The notes under the pieces are model-generated. The model did not search any database, had not been told where the DNA came from, and saw nothing but the letters and a program-made list of their open reading frames with translations. Source: an uncultured Actinomycetota bacterium (GTDB lineage Bacteria; Actinomycetota; Actinomycetes; Mycobacteriales; SCTD01). Taken from it: a DNA stretch of 64,000 bases. The stretch is taken from NCBI GenBank assembly GCA_963762795.1, contig CAVXMC010000008.1:138072-202071 (forward strand), in the 5' to 3' direction. The position numbers and the translations under genes are program-made. Positions 1 to 11,444 of this stretch are shown piece after piece; position 1 is the stretch's first letter; every line of letters starts with the position of its first letter.

Positions 1-628
1 CTGGCGCTGGATGGACGACCGGACCCTGCACTACCGCCCGGCGGAGTTCTGGAAGCCCGGGACGACGGTGCGCGTGAAGGCCGACCTCACCCGGCTCGCC
101 CTGCCGGACGGGGCCTGGGGCTCCGGCGGGCGCACCACCGCCTTCACGGTGCGCGACGCCCTGGTGAGCACCGTGGACGTCGCCGCCCACACCATGACGG
201 TCCGCCGCAACGGCGCGGTCCTGAAGGTCATGAAGGCCTCGATGGGGCGGCCGGAGTTCGCGACCCGCAACGGCACCTTCCTGGTCCTGGAGAAGTTCCG
301 GAAGCGGATCATGGACTCGGCCACCGTCAACCTCCCGCCCGGGACGCCGGCCTACCGGACCGCGGTCGAGCACGCGGTCCGCATCTCCTACAGCGGCACC
401 TTCACCCACGGCGCGCCGTGGTCGGTGAAGGACCAGGGCGTCCGCAACGTCAGCCACGGCTGCATCAACCTCTCCCCCGCCGACGCCGCCTGGTACTTCG
501 ACCAGGCCCGCCGCGGCGACGTGGTGAAGGTGGTCGGCAGCAGCCGCGAGCCGCTGTCGTACGACGCCGGGTCGATGGACTGGAACATGCCCTTCGCCGA
601 GTGGAGGACCGGCAGCGCGCTCCAGTGA
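1..628 (+). CDS. L,D-transpeptidase (YkuD domain), 5' end cut by window edge
   Basis: ORF 11..628 stays open back to base 2. It carries the catalytic motif HGAPWSVKDQGVRNVSHGCINL (His...SHGC) typical of YkuD L,D-transpeptidases. Confidence 0.85.
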   Translation, partial: WRWMDDRTLHYRPAEFWKPGTTVRVKADLTRLALPDGAWGSGGRTTAFTVRDALVSTVDVAAHTMTVRRNGAVLKVMKASMGRPEFATRNGTFLVLEKFRKRIMDSATVNLPPGTPAYRTAVEHAVRISYSGTFTHGAPWSVKDQGVRNVSHGCINLSPADAAWYFDQARRGDVVKVVGSSREPLSYDAGSMDWNMPFAEWRTGSALQ

Positions 629-653
629 CCGCAGGCTGGGTACGCGGCGCCGC

Positions 654-1461
654 ATGACGGGCTCCCTCACCTTCATCGGCACCGCCACGACGCTCATCCG
701 GTACGGCGGCTTCACGCTGCTCACCGACCCGAACTTCCTGCACCGGGGCGACCGGGCCTACCTCGGCTACGGGCTGACCTCCAAGCGGCTGACCGAGCCG
801 GCGCTGCAGCCCGCCGACCTGCCGCCGCTGGACGCGATCGTGCTGTCGCACCTGCACGGCGACCACTTCGACCGCATCGCCAAGGCCGAGCTGCCGAAGG
901 CAGGTGCCGCTGCTGTCGACCCCGGCGTCGGTCAAGCGGCTGACCAGCTGGGGCTTCACCGGCGCGCAGGCCCTGGAGACCTGGCAGAGCACGGAGCTGA
1001 CCCAGCCGGACGGCTCCCGGCTGACGATCACCGCGGCACCGGGCACGCACGCCCGCGGGCTGCTCAAGGCGGCCCTGCCGCCCGTCATGGGCAGCATCCT
1101 GGAGTTCGCCCCGGCCACCGGCGAGCCGCCGCTGTCGATGTACATCACCGGCGACACGCTGGTCCACGACGACCTGCGCGAGATCCCGCGGCGGCACCCG
1201 TCCCTGGACGTCGGACTGTGGCACCTCGGCGGCACCCGCATCCCCGGCTTCTTCGGCGCCGGCGTCATGGTGACCATGGACGGCAAGGAGGGCGCCGACC
1301 TGCTGGAGCTGGTGCGCCCGACCACCACGGTCCCGGTCCACCACGACGACTACGACGTCTTCCGGAGCCCGCTGTCGGAGTTCCTGGACGAGGTCAGCCG
1401 CCGCGGGCTGACCGGCGTACGGCCCGTGGCGCGCGGTGAGGTGCTCCCGCTGCCAGTCTGA
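654..1461 (+). CDS. MBL-fold metallo-hydrolase; frame broken near 900 as assembled
   Basis: ORF 654..1439 supplies the N-terminus with the LSHLHGDHFD metal motif. The sensible sequence continues in ORF 904..1461 (ITGDTLVHDD, WHLGGT, PVHHDDY). One +1 shift is needed at about 898-903. Confidence 0.8.
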
Positions 1462-1465
1462 CCGG

Positions 1466-2429
1466 GTGACCCGCCCCGTCCTGCGCCTTCTCGTCGGGGG
1501 CTGGCTCGGCGTCCTGCTGCTGCTGGCCGGCGTCCGGCTGCTCGGCGTGGAGCGCGGGACGGTGCTGCCGCTGCTGGTCGGCGCGCTGCCGCTGGTGCTC
1601 CTGCTCGCCTACCCGCTGCTGGTGGCCGCGGTCGGGCTGCGCTCCTGGCGGCTGGTGCTGACCGCGCTGGTCGCGGTCGGGGCGCACGCCGCCGTCCTCG
1701 CCCCCGCCCTCGGCGCGGACGCGCTCCCGCCCGGCACCGCGGCCGCGCCGCGCCTGCGGGTCGTGACGGCCAACCTGTACGTCCTGAACCCCTCCCCCGA
1801 GGCGAGCGGCCGGGCGCTGCGGGCCGCCTCCCCGGACGTCCTGGTGGTCCCCGAGCTCGACCGCGCCGGCCTCGACGGGCTGCGGCGCAGCGGCCTGCTG
1901 GACGACCTGCCGTACTCCGCCCTGGACCTGCAGGGCCGCGACGAGACCGTCGGGCTGTTCAGCCGCCTGCCGCTGACGGACGTGGTCGTTCCGCAGCACG
2001 GGCACCCGGCGGCTGCCGCGGGCCACGGTCCGGGTCGAGGGCACGGACGTACGGGTGCTCGCCGCCCACCCGCTCCCGCCCTTCGGGGCGTGGAGCGACG
2101 ACTGGCGGCACGGCCTGCTGGACCTGCGCCGGGAGCTGCGCGGGGTGCGGCTGCCGGTCGTCATCGCCGGCGACCTGAACAGCGACCGCGACCACGCGCT
2201 GTTCCGCGGTCTGCTCGACGAGGGGCTGACCGACGCCCACGACGCCCGGGGGCGGGGGCTGGCGCGCACCTGGCCGGCCGCCCTCCCGCTGCTCGACCTG
2301 GACCACGTCCTCGTCCGGGACGGCACCGGCGGCCGGGTGGTCGTCCGTACCGTGCGCGAGGTGACGATGCCGGGCAGCGACCACCTGGCCGTCGTCGCGG
2401 ACCTGTCCGTGCTGGCCCCGCTGCGGTAG
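1466..2429 (+). CDS. membrane-anchored endonuclease/exonuclease/phosphatase (EEP) family protein; frame broken near 1995
   Basis: Hydrophobic N-terminal helices, then RVVTANLYVLN and VVPELD, lie in the frame of ORF 1436..2797. VVIAGDLNSDRDH and GSDHLAVVADL lie in ORF 2055..2429. GTG 1466 is the first start after the upstream stop at 1461. Confidence 0.75.
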
Positions 2430-2437
2430 GAAGCCGC

Positions 2438-2797
2438 ATGCCCTCACTGCGCTGGGACGCCCTCACCATCGACTGCGCCGAGCCCGACCGGCTGGCCGAG
2501 TTCTGGGCCGAGCTGCTGCGGGTGGAGGTGCGCGGGCGCTGGGAGCAGTTCGTCGGGCTCGAGCCGGCGAGCCCGGGCCTGCCGCGGCTGGTGTTCCAGC
2601 AGGTCGACGACCCCCGGCCCAGCAAGACCACCGTCCACGTCGACCTGCACGTGACCAGCGCGGACCTGCTGCCGGCCGCCGTCGAGCGGGCGGTCGGCCT
2701 CGGCGCGACCGTGGTGCACCTGCAGGAGCAGGAGGGGCAGACCTGGCAGGTCATGGCCGACCCCGAGGGCAACCTGTTCTGCCTGGTCGCGGACTAG
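2438..2797 (+). CDS. VOC (glyoxalase/bleomycin-resistance-like) family protein
   Basis: ATG 2438 lies inside ORF 1436..2797 and gives a 119-aa product, MPSLRWDALTIDCAEPDRLAEFWAELL...HVDLHV...DPEGNLFCLV, typical of glyoxalase-like domain proteins. Confidence 0.8.
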   Translation: MPSLRWDALTIDCAEPDRLAEFWAELLRVEVRGRWEQFVGLEPASPGLPRLVFQQVDDPRPSKTTVHVDLHVTSADLLPAAVERAVGLGATVVHLQEQEGQTWQVMADPEGNLFCLVAD

Positions 2798-3656
2798 CCC
2801 CGCGTCGCGCCGATCTCCTCCAGCGCGCGAGCCAGGACGACGTCGGCGTCCAGGTCGGTGTAGGAGTGGCCGACCGGCTTCACGAGCAGCCGGACCACGC
2901 CGCCGCCGGCGCAGCCGCCCCAGTCCGTGCGGGAGGCGCCGTGCGGCACCCGGCGCGTGCAGCCGGCGGCCGACACCAGCGTGTCGACGGCGGGCCGGGT
3001 CGGGATCGGCGTCATGCCGAGCAGGCGGCTGTGGCCCGACGGCGGGTCGAGCGGGATCGTGGTGTCGCGCGAGCCGTGCAGCTCGAGGAAGCGGTAGGGC
3101 GGTCGGGCCCCTGACGCGCTGCAGCCCGCGGCGCGCGTCCCCGACACCGCGAGCACGAGCTTCAGGTCGAGCCGGGCGTGGCAGACCACGCTGTAGGCGA
3201 GCATCGCGCCGGACGACACGCCCATCAGCGCGGCCGGCCGCCCCTCCGGCAGCATGCCGGGACGTCGGCCAGCACCGCCCGCACGTAGCCCAGGTCGTCG
3301 CGCCCCTCGGCCCGCGCCGCCCCGCAGCAGGTCCCGGCGTTCCACGACCCCTTGTAGCCGCCCAGGTAGGCGACCAGCTGACCGCGCGAGGGCAGGTAGT
3401 CCAGGCCGTACGTCTGCTGGGCCTGACCCATCGTCTGGTTCTGGCCGTGCGCGACGAGGACCGCGCCGAGCACCTGGCCCGCCGGCCGCACCAGCAGGTA
3501 CGGGCGGGAGACGTCGCCGACCACCACCGTGCGCCGCTCAGGAGCGCTCACCGCCTTCGCGGTGAGGGAGCTGCCCGGTGAGGGCGTGGTGGCGGCCGAG
3601 GCGGCAGTCGGGAGCAAGAGGGCGGCGAGGAGCAGGAAGAGTGGCGGTGCGCTCAC
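2794..3656 (-). CDS. secreted PHB-depolymerase-family esterase (LpqC-like); frame broken near 3258
   Basis: GTG 3656 is followed by a signal peptide (VSAPPLFLLLAALLLPTAASA). GGYKGSWNAGTCCG lies in ORF 3225..3857. The GxSxG nucleophile elbow (MGVSSGAMLAY) and the C-terminus lie in ORF 2794..3345. Confidence 0.75.
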
Positions 3657-3702
3657 ACCTCCAGCATCGCTGCCTGTCGGCCCGGCGTGACAGGGTCGGA
3701 GT

Positions 3703-5788
3703 GTGACGATCTGCGCAAGCCGGGATGACGCGCAACGGGTGCTGCGTGCCCTGGCCGGCGAGGGCGCGGTGCTGCGCGAGGACCAGTGGACGGCCATCGA
3801 CGCGCTGGTGCGCACCCGCTCGCGGGCGCTGGTCGTGCAGCGCACGGGCTGGGGCAAGTCCGCCGTCTACTTCGTCGCGACGTCGCTGCTGCGCGCGGGC
3901 GGCGCCGGGCCGACCGTGATCGTGAGCCCGCTGCTCGCCCTCATGCGCAACCAGGTCGCGGCCGCCGAGCGGGCCGGGATCAAGGCCGTGACGGTCAACT
4001 CGGCCAACGTCGACGAGTGGCGGCAGGTCTACGCCGACGTCGAGCGGGGCGCGGTCGACGTGCTGCTGGTCAGCCCGGAGCGGCTCAACAACCCGGGGTT
4101 CCGCGACGAGGTCCTCCCGCGCCTGGCCGAGAGCGCCGGGCTGCTCGTCGTCGACGAGGCCCACTGCATCAGCGACTGGGGCCACGACTTCCGGCCCGAC
4201 TACCGGCGGCTGCGCACGCTGCTGACCGAGCTGCCGCAGGGGACGCCGGTGCTCGCCACGACGGCCACCGCCAACGCCCGGGTGGTCGCGGACGTCGCCG
4301 AGCAGCTGACCGCCGGCTCGGGCGAGGAGACGCTGGTGCTGCGCGGCGGCCTCGACCGGGAGTCGCTGCACCTGTCGGTCGTCGGGCTGCCGTCCGCGGC
4401 GCACCGCCTGGCCTGGCTGGCCGACCACCTCGGCGACCTGCCGGGCTCCGGCATCGTCTACACGCTGACCGTCGCGGCGGCCGACGAGGTGGCGTCGTTC
4501 CTGCGGGCCCACGAGATCCCGGCGGCGGCCTACTCCGGCCGCACCGACGACGCCGAGCGCCGGCAGGCCGAGGACGACCTGCTGCACAACCGGGTCAAGG
4601 CGCTGGTCGCCACCAGCGCCCTCGGCATGGGCTTCGACAAGCCCGACCTCGGCTTCGTCGTGCACCTCGGGGCGCCGCCCTCCCCCATCGCCTACTACCA
4701 GCAGGTCGGCCGCGCCGGCCGCGGCGTCGACCGGGCCGAGGTCGTCCTGCTGCCGGGCGCAGAGGACGAGGCGATCTGGCGCTACTTCGCCTCCCTCGGC
4801 TTCCCGCCCGAGGAGCAGGTCCGGCGCACCCTCGCCGCGCTGTCCAGCAAGCCGATCTCCACTGCCGCGCTCGAGCCGCTGGTCGACCTGCGCCGCACCC
4901 GGCTCGAGACGATGCTCAAGGTGCTCGACGTCGACGGCGCGGTGAAGCGGGTGCAGGGCGGCTGGACCGCCACCGGTCAGGACTGGTCCTACGACGCCGA
5001 CCGCTACGCGCGCGTGTCGGCCGACCGGGCCGCCGAGCAGCAGGCCATGCGCGACTACGCGACGACCGAGGGCTGTCGCATGCAGTTCCTGCGCGAGCAG
5101 CTCGACGACCCGGGAGCCGCCCCGTGCGGGCGCTGCGACCGCTGCACCGGCCGGGCCTGGCCGACCGACGTGCCCTCGCTGGCCGACGCGCAGGCCTTCC
5201 TCGGCCGCCCGGGCGTCGAGGTGGAGCCGCGCCGCATGTGGCCGACCGGGATGAGGTCCGTCGGGGTCGAGCTGTCCGGCCGCATCGCCCCTGCGCTGCA
5301 GGCCGACAGCGGCCGGGCGCTCGGGCGGCTGTCCGACATCGGCTGGGGCACCCGGCTGCGGGCGCTGCTCGGCGGACCCGACGGCGAGGTGCCCGAGGAG
5401 GTCGTCCGAGCCGTCGTGCAGGTGCTTGCCGGCTGGGGCTGGGAGCAGCGGCCGGTCGGGGTCGTCGCGGTGCCGTCGCGCTCCCGCCCGCAGCTGGTCG
5501 GCAGCCTGGCGGCCCGGTTGTCCGCCCTGGGCCGGCTCCCCCTGCTCGGCGACGCTGGAGCGGGTGCGCGACGAGCCGCCCGGTGCCGGCCGGAGCAACA
5601 GCGCGCAGCGGCTGCGGGCGGTCGCCGGGACGTTCGCCCTGCCTCCGGGGCTCGAGCTCGACGGCGGGCCGGTGCTGCTCGTCGACGACCGGGTGGACAC
5701 CGGGTGGACGCTGACCGAGTGCGCGCGCCTGCTGCGCTCCGCCGGCTCCGGGCCGGTGCTCCCTCTGGTCCTGGCGGTGGACGCGTGA
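3703..5788 (+). CDS. RecQ-family ATP-dependent DNA helicase fused to a C-terminal ComF-like phosphoribosyltransferase domain; frame broken near 5548
   Basis: Helicase motifs present: Walker A QRTGWGKS, DEAH box VVDEAHCISDWGHDFRPDY, ATTATAN, GFDKPDLGFVVH, YYQQVGRAGR, and a Zn cluster CRMQF...CGRCDRC. The C-terminus in ORF 5426..5788 carries the PRT signature VLLVDDRVDTGWT. Confidence 0.85.
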
Positions 5789-7414
5789 CCTCGCTCGTGC
5801 TGGGCCCGCTGCAGCGCTACGTCGGCCACGACCCCGACGGCTCGGGCGTCGCGACGGTCTGGGTCGAGACCGACGGGCCGTGCGAGGTCGAGGTGCTCGG
5901 CTGCCGCTCGCGCACGTTCTGCGTCGCCGGCCACCACTACGCGATCGTCGTCGTGGAGGGGCTGCCGGCCGCCGGCTCGGTGGACTACACGGTGGCGCTC
6001 GACGGCGACCAGGTCTGGCCACCGGCCGACTGGACCTGGCCGGCCAGCCGCATCCGCACCCGCGCGCCGGACGAGGCGGTGCGGCTCGCCTTCGGCTCCT
6101 GCCGCGTCGCCGGGCCGCTCGACGACGAGGCCAGCGGCGTCGACGCCCTGCACGCCCTCGCCGAGACGATGCGCTCCACCGACCCGTCGACCTGGCCGGA
6201 CGAGCTGCTGCTGGTCGGTGACCAGGTCTACGCCGACGAGAACATCAGCCCGCGCACCAAGGAGTTCATCGCCTCCCGGCGCGACACGTCCGTCGGCCCG
6301 GGCACCGAGGTCGCCGACGTGGAGGAGTACACCCACCTCTACGCGGAGAGCTGGTCGGTCCCGCCGGTCCGCTGGCTGCTGAGCACCGTGCCCTCGGCGA
6401 TGGTCTTCGACGACCACGACGTCCGCGACGACTGGAACACCTCGCGGTCCTGGCGCGACGACATGCAGGCCACCGACTGGTGGCAGGAGCGCATCGAGGC
6501 CGGGCTGATGACCTACTGGGTCTACCAGCACCTGGGCAACCTGTCGGCCGCGGAGGTCCGCACCGACCCGCTGCTGGCCCAGCTGCGCGAGCAGGACGAC
6601 GGCGAGGCGGTCCTGCGCGCGTACGCCCGCACAGCCGACGCGGAGGCCGACGGCGGCGGTCCGACCCGCTGGAGCTACGTCCGCGACCTCGGCAGCTCGC
6701 GGCTGCTGGTGCTCGACTCGCGCTGCGGCCGGGTCCTCAGCCCCGACCGCCGGGAGATGCTCGACGACCCCGAGTGGGAGTGGGTCGGCGAGCAGGTCCG
6801 CGGGGAGCACGCCCACCTGCTGCTGGCCACGTCCGTGCCGTTCCTGCTGCCGCCCGCGGTGCACCACCTCGAGGCGTTCGACGAGGCGCTGGCCGAGGGC
6901 GTCTGGGGGCGGCGGGCCGCCCGGCTCGGCGAGACGCTGCGCCAGGGCGCCGACCTGGAGCACTGGGCGGCCTTCGGCAAGTCGTTCGAGCGGATGAGCG
7001 ACCTGCTCGCCGAGGTCGGGTCGGGCGCGCACGGCCGGGCGCCCGCGACGATCACCTTCCTGTCCGGCGACGTGCACTTCGCCTACCTGGCCGAGGCGCG
7101 GTTCGCCGCCCGTCCCGAGGTGACCTCGCAAGCTCTTCCAGGCGGTCTGCAGCCCGCTGCGCAACCCGCTGCCCAAGGCGGTGGGCGCCGGCCAGCGGGC
7201 CGCCTGCTGGCGCGCCGTCGCGGCGATCGGCCGCGGGCTGGCCCGGGCGGCGAAGGTCGCGCCGCCCGAGCTCGACTGGCAGGTGACCGGCGGCCCGGCG
7301 TTCGGCAACGAGGTGGCCACCCTGCTGCTCGACGGCCGGACCGCGCGGCTCACGGTCGAGAAGGCCGTGCCGGGGCCGCGGCTGGCGCACTCGTTCACCA
7401 GCGTGCTGGCGTGA
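5785..7414 (+). CDS. PhoD-like alkaline phosphatase / metallophosphoesterase family protein; frame broken near 7130
   Basis: GTG 5785 overlaps the recQ-like stop (GTGA). Motifs LLLVGDQVYADE, MVFDDHDVRDDWN and FLSGDVHFAY are present. The C-terminus (LFQAVCSPLRNPLPKAV...) continues in ORF 7181..7414. Confidence 0.75.
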
Positions 7415-7451
7415 CGGAAGAGTCCGGCCCGGTGACGGCGTTGCACCGGTC

Positions 7452-8159
7452 ATGAAGGTCGAGATCTGGTCCGACGTCGTCTGTCCCTGGTGCTACATCG
7501 GCAAGCGCCACTTCGAGGCGGCGATGGCGCAGTTCGCCCACGCCGACGAGGTCGAGCTGGTGTGGCGCTCCTTCGAGCTCGACCCGAACGCCGGCCCGAG
7601 CCGCGCGGCGACCGGCGACTACGCCGCCCGGCTGGCCCGCAAGTACGGCAGCTCGGTGGAGCAGGCCCAGGGGATGATCGACAACATGGTCGGCGTCGCG
7701 GCCGGCGTCGGCCTCGACTTCCGCTTCGACCTGTCCCGCACCGGCAACACCTTCGACGCCCACCGGCTGCTGCACCTGGCGCTGTCCCGTGGCGTGCAGG
7801 ACGCGCTCAAGGAGCGGCTCGACCGGGCCACCTTCAGCGAGGGCCTGCCCGTCTCCGACCACGACGCGCTGACCGCCCTCGCCGTCGAGGTCGGGCTGGA
7901 CGAGGCCGAGGTCCGCGAGGTCCTGGCCGGCGACCGCTACGCCGAGGCCGTCCGCGCCGACGAGGAGCAGGCGATGGACATCGGCATCACCGGCGTGCCC
8001 TTCTTCGTCATCGACGGCCGCTTCGGCGTGCCGGGGGCGCAGCCGCCGGAGCGCGTCCTCGCCGCGCTCGACAAGGCCTGGGCGACCCGCACGCCGACCC
8101 TGCAGATGGTGCCGGCGGACGGCGCACCCGGCTGCGAGGGCGACGCCTGCGCCGTATGA
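7452..8159 (+). CDS. DsbA-family (FrnE-like) thiol:disulfide oxidoreductase
   Basis: Intact 235-aa ORF with the CPWC active site (DVVCPWCYIGKRHFE) and a GVPFFVIDG motif. Confidence 0.85.
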   Translation: MKVEIWSDVVCPWCYIGKRHFEAAMAQFAHADEVELVWRSFELDPNAGPSRAATGDYAARLARKYGSSVEQAQGMIDNMVGVAAGVGLDFRFDLSRTGNTFDAHRLLHLALSRGVQDALKERLDRATFSEGLPVSDHDALTALAVEVGLDEAEVREVLAGDRYAEAVRADEEQAMDIGITGVPFFVIDGRFGVPGAQPPERVLAALDKAWATRTPTLQMVPADGAPGCEGDACAV

Positions 8160-9482
8160 GCCTCGACACCGGCCAGCTGCGCCGCACCGCGACGCTGCTG
8201 TCGCTCCCGCTCGGGACGGCGGCGCTGGCCGGTGAGGGCCTGCTGCGGCGCCTCGCCGGGCAGGACCGCGCAGCAGGTCGCGGCCCGCCTGCGCGAGCGC
8301 AACGCCGCCCGCACCCGCCGCGTCCTCGGCGACCTGAAGGGCGGTGCGCTCAAGGCCGGGCAGCTGATGTCGACGGTCGAGGCGGTCTTCCCGCAGGACC
8401 CCGAGGACACCTGGCGCGAGGCGCTCACCGGCCTGCAGGAGTCCAACCGGGCGCTGCCGCTGGCCGAGGTGGAGCCGGTCCTGGTCGCCGAGCTCGGGCC
8501 GGCCTGGCGCGAGCTGTTCTCCGCCTTCGACCCGGTGGCGGTCGCCGCCGCGTCGCTCGGGCAGGTGCACCGGGCCACCTGGCCGGACGGGCGCGCCGTC
8601 GCGGTCAAGGTGCAGTACCCCGGCGTCCGCGAGGCGCTGTCGGCCGACCTGCGCACCCTGTCGGCGGCCGGACGCGTGACCGCGCTGGTGGCCCGCGGTC
8701 TCGCGCTCCCGCCGCTGGTCGCGGAGATGCGCACCCGGCTGGTCGAGGAGCTCGACTACGAGCACGAGGCCCGCACCCAGACGGCGTTCGCCGACGCGTA
8801 CGCCGGGGACCCCGACGTCCTGGTCCCCCGCGTCGTGCGCGCGACCCCGCGGGTCCTGGTCATGGAGTGGGTCGAGGGCACGCCGCTGGCCGTCGTCGCC
8901 ACGACCGGCACGCAGGCCGAGCGCGACCGGGCCGCCGGCCGCTACCAGCGCTTCCTCGTCTCCGGTCCGGAGCGCACCGGGCTGCTCCACACCGACCCGC
9001 ACCCCGGCAACTTCCGGGTGCTGCCCGACGGCCGGCTCGGCGTCCTCGACTTCGGCTCCTCGCTGGCCCTGCCCGACGGCATGCCGGCCACCTTCGGCCG
9101 GCTGATCGCCGCGCTGCTCGCCGACGACCCGGCGCTGGTGCTCCAGCGGCTGCGCGAGGACGGCTTCGTCCGGCCCGGGGTCGAGCTGGAGGTCGACAAG
9201 CTGGTCGACTACATGGCCCCGTTCAGCGTCCCGGCCCGCGAGGAGAGCTTCCGCTTCAGCCGGGCCTGGCTGCGCGGCGAGTTCGGCCGGGTCAACGACC
9301 CGCGCAACCCCGACTTCGGCGTGGCGCTCACGCTCACCCTGCCGGCCGAGCACCTGTTCACGCACCGCGTCTGGCTGTCGATGGTCGGCGTGCTGTGCCA
9401 GCTGGAGGCGGAGGTCGCCGTACGCCCGGTGCTGCGCCGGTGGCTGCCCGGCTTCGAGCCGGCCGCGACCAGGGCAGACTGA
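8156..9482 (+). CDS. ABC1/UbiB (AarF) atypical kinase family protein; frame broken near 8265
   Basis: ATG 8156 overlaps the dsbA-like stop (ATGA). The N-terminus lies in the frame of ORF 7490..9826 and the remainder in ORF 8232..9482. Motifs AAASLGQVHRA, AVKVQYPGV and HTDPHPGNF are present. Confidence 0.8.
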
Positions 9483-9506
9483 CGACCCCGTCGAGAGGTG
9501 CGCACG

Positions 9507-9833
9507 ATGTCCGAGGAGCAGGACCCGTCCGGGTCGGTGCAGTCCCTGCTGGGGCAGCTGCGCCACGTCACCGACCGGCTCGCCGGCTTGCCGTCGATGC
9601 CGAGCCTGCCGGGGCTGCCGTCGACGCCCGGCGCCCTCACGGCGGCGCAGCTCAAGGCCATCGCCAGCGTGCTGGCGGCGCAGCGCACGAGCATCGCCGC
9701 CATGCAGAGCCAGCTCGCCGCCTTCGACGAGCAGCTCGAGGTGCTGGACCGGGTGCTCACGCCGTTCGTGGAGTGGAGCTCCACCTGGGCCGGCGTCGAG
9801 AAGCGGCTGACCGGCGGGTCGACTAGCGGCTGA
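9507..9833 (+). CDS. hypothetical protein (Pro-rich linker plus predicted helical C-terminal half)
   Basis: ORF 9498..9833. ATG 9507 is preceded by GAGAGG at 9493-9498. I recognise no family. Confidence 0.45.
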   Translation: MSEEQDPSGSVQSLLGQLRHVTDRLAGLPSMPSLPGLPSTPGALTAAQLKAIASVLAAQRTSIAAMQSQLAAFDEQLEVLDRVLTPFVEWSSTWAGVEKRLTGGSTSG

Positions 9834-11354
9834 GCGGCACCAGGTCGTGCCGCGCGCCGGCGGCCTCGGTGAGGTAGCGGTCCAGCCACGGGGCGACCGT
9901 CGACTCCATCAGCGGCCGGGACAGGTGGTAGCCCTGCAGCGCGTCGCAGTCGATGTCGCGCAGCTCCTGCCACGCCTCGGGGCTCTCGACGCCCTCGGCC
10001 AGCACCCGCAGCCCGAGCTCCTTGCCGAGCTGCACCGTCGAGCGCACGATCGCGCGGTTGCGCGGGTGGTCGGTGATGTCCCGGACGAAGCCGCGGTCGA
10101 TCTTGAGCTCGTCGACCGGCAGCTGCTGCAGGTAGGCCAGCGAGGAGTAGCCGCTGCCGTAGTCGTCGATGGACAGCTGCACGCCGAGCCGCTTGAGCCG
10201 GCGCAGCACGGTCAGCGCGCGCTCCGGGTCGGCCATGAGCGAGCTCTCGGTGATCTCGAGGACCAGGCGGTGCGCGGGGAAGCCGCTGCGCCGCAGCAGC
10301 TGGCCGACGACGAGCGGGAAGCGGTCGTCGTGCAGGTTGCGGACCGAGACGTTCACCGAGACGGTGTGCTCGCCGGGCCAGGCCGCGGCCGCCCGTACGG
10401 AGCCCTCGAGCACGTACGACGTGAGGGCCCCCATCAGCCCGGCCCGCTCGGCGAGGCCGATGAACGCGTCCGGGGAGACCAGCCCGCGCAGCGGGTGGTG
10501 CCAGCGGACGAGCGCCTCGAAGCCCACGACGTGGCGGGTGCGCACGTCGGCCTGCGGCTGGAAGTAGAGGGTGAGCTGCCCCTCCTCGAGCGCGGTGCGC
10601 AGCTCCCCCAGCAGCGTCAGGCGGTGCAGGCTGTGCGTGTCGAGCTCGGTGCGGTACGGCTCGACGCCGGTGTGGGCCTGCTTCGCGGCGTACATCGCGA
10701 CGTCGGCGCACTGGAGCAGCGCGCTGCGGGGTGTCGCCGTCGCGGGGGGCGCAGGCGACGCCGACGCTCGCGCCGACGGCCACCGACATCCCGTCGATGT
10801 CGAACGGCGCCTGCAGCGCCTCGACCAGCCGGGCGGCCGCGGCCACCGGCCCGTCGGTCTCGTCCTCGTCGGCGATGTCGGTCAGCAGGACGGCGAACTC
10901 GTCGCCGCCCAGCCGGGCCAGCGTGTCGCCCTCGCGCATGCCGGTGCGGAGGCGGTCGGCGACCGCCCGCAGGAGCTCGTCGCCCTGGTGGTGGCCCAGG
11001 GTGTCGTTGACCTCCTTGAAGCCGTCCAGGTCCAGGACGAGCACGCCGGTGCGCTGCTGCAGGCGCAGGCCGTCGGCGAGCGCCCGCGGAGACCCGGTCG
11101 AAGAGCAGGCTGCGGTTCGGCAGGCCGGTCAGCGGGTCGTGGGCCGCCTGGTGGCGGTTGCGCTCGAGCTCGGCCCGCAACACCGTGCCGGCGCCCCGCC
11201 ACTGCCAGACGAGCGCCGCCCAGCAGGAGCCGAGCGTGCCGAGCAGCACGACCGCGAACACCGCCGGGCCCGGGACCAGCACCGACGCGACGCCGAGCAG
11301 GGCTGCGGCCGCCGCCAGGAGCACGCCCGAGCTCAGGGCGTACCGCTCCGTCAT
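9823..11354 (-). CDS. membrane-anchored GGDEF-EAL (diguanylate cyclase/phosphodiesterase) protein; frame broken near 11085 and 10722
   Basis: The N-terminal TM helices lie in ORF 10617..11354. The GGDEF domain ([11 protein letters not shown]) lies in the frame of ORF 9209..11044. The EAL domain ([32 protein letters not shown]) lies in ORF 9823..10695. Confidence 0.85.
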
Positions 11355-11444
11355 CCTGCCTCCGTGCGTCCGTGCGTCCGTTCCCGACCGCCTGTGTGTC
11401 GGCGGCCCGGCGCCGGGCTGGAGTGCCCGATGTGGTGAAGCGGC

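Noticed and set aside
3538-7446. Long antisense ORFs opposite well-supported genes (e.g. 3538..7446(-), 7395..9566(-), 16888..19254(+), 32377..35394(+), 36789..40151(+), 41692..44700(+), 58541..60202(+), 62193..63473(+)).
   Set aside because: These are shadow ORFs typical of high-GC DNA. Their translations are low-complexity (R, P, G, A, H runs), contain no recognisable motifs, and lie opposite strands that encode clearly conserved proteins.
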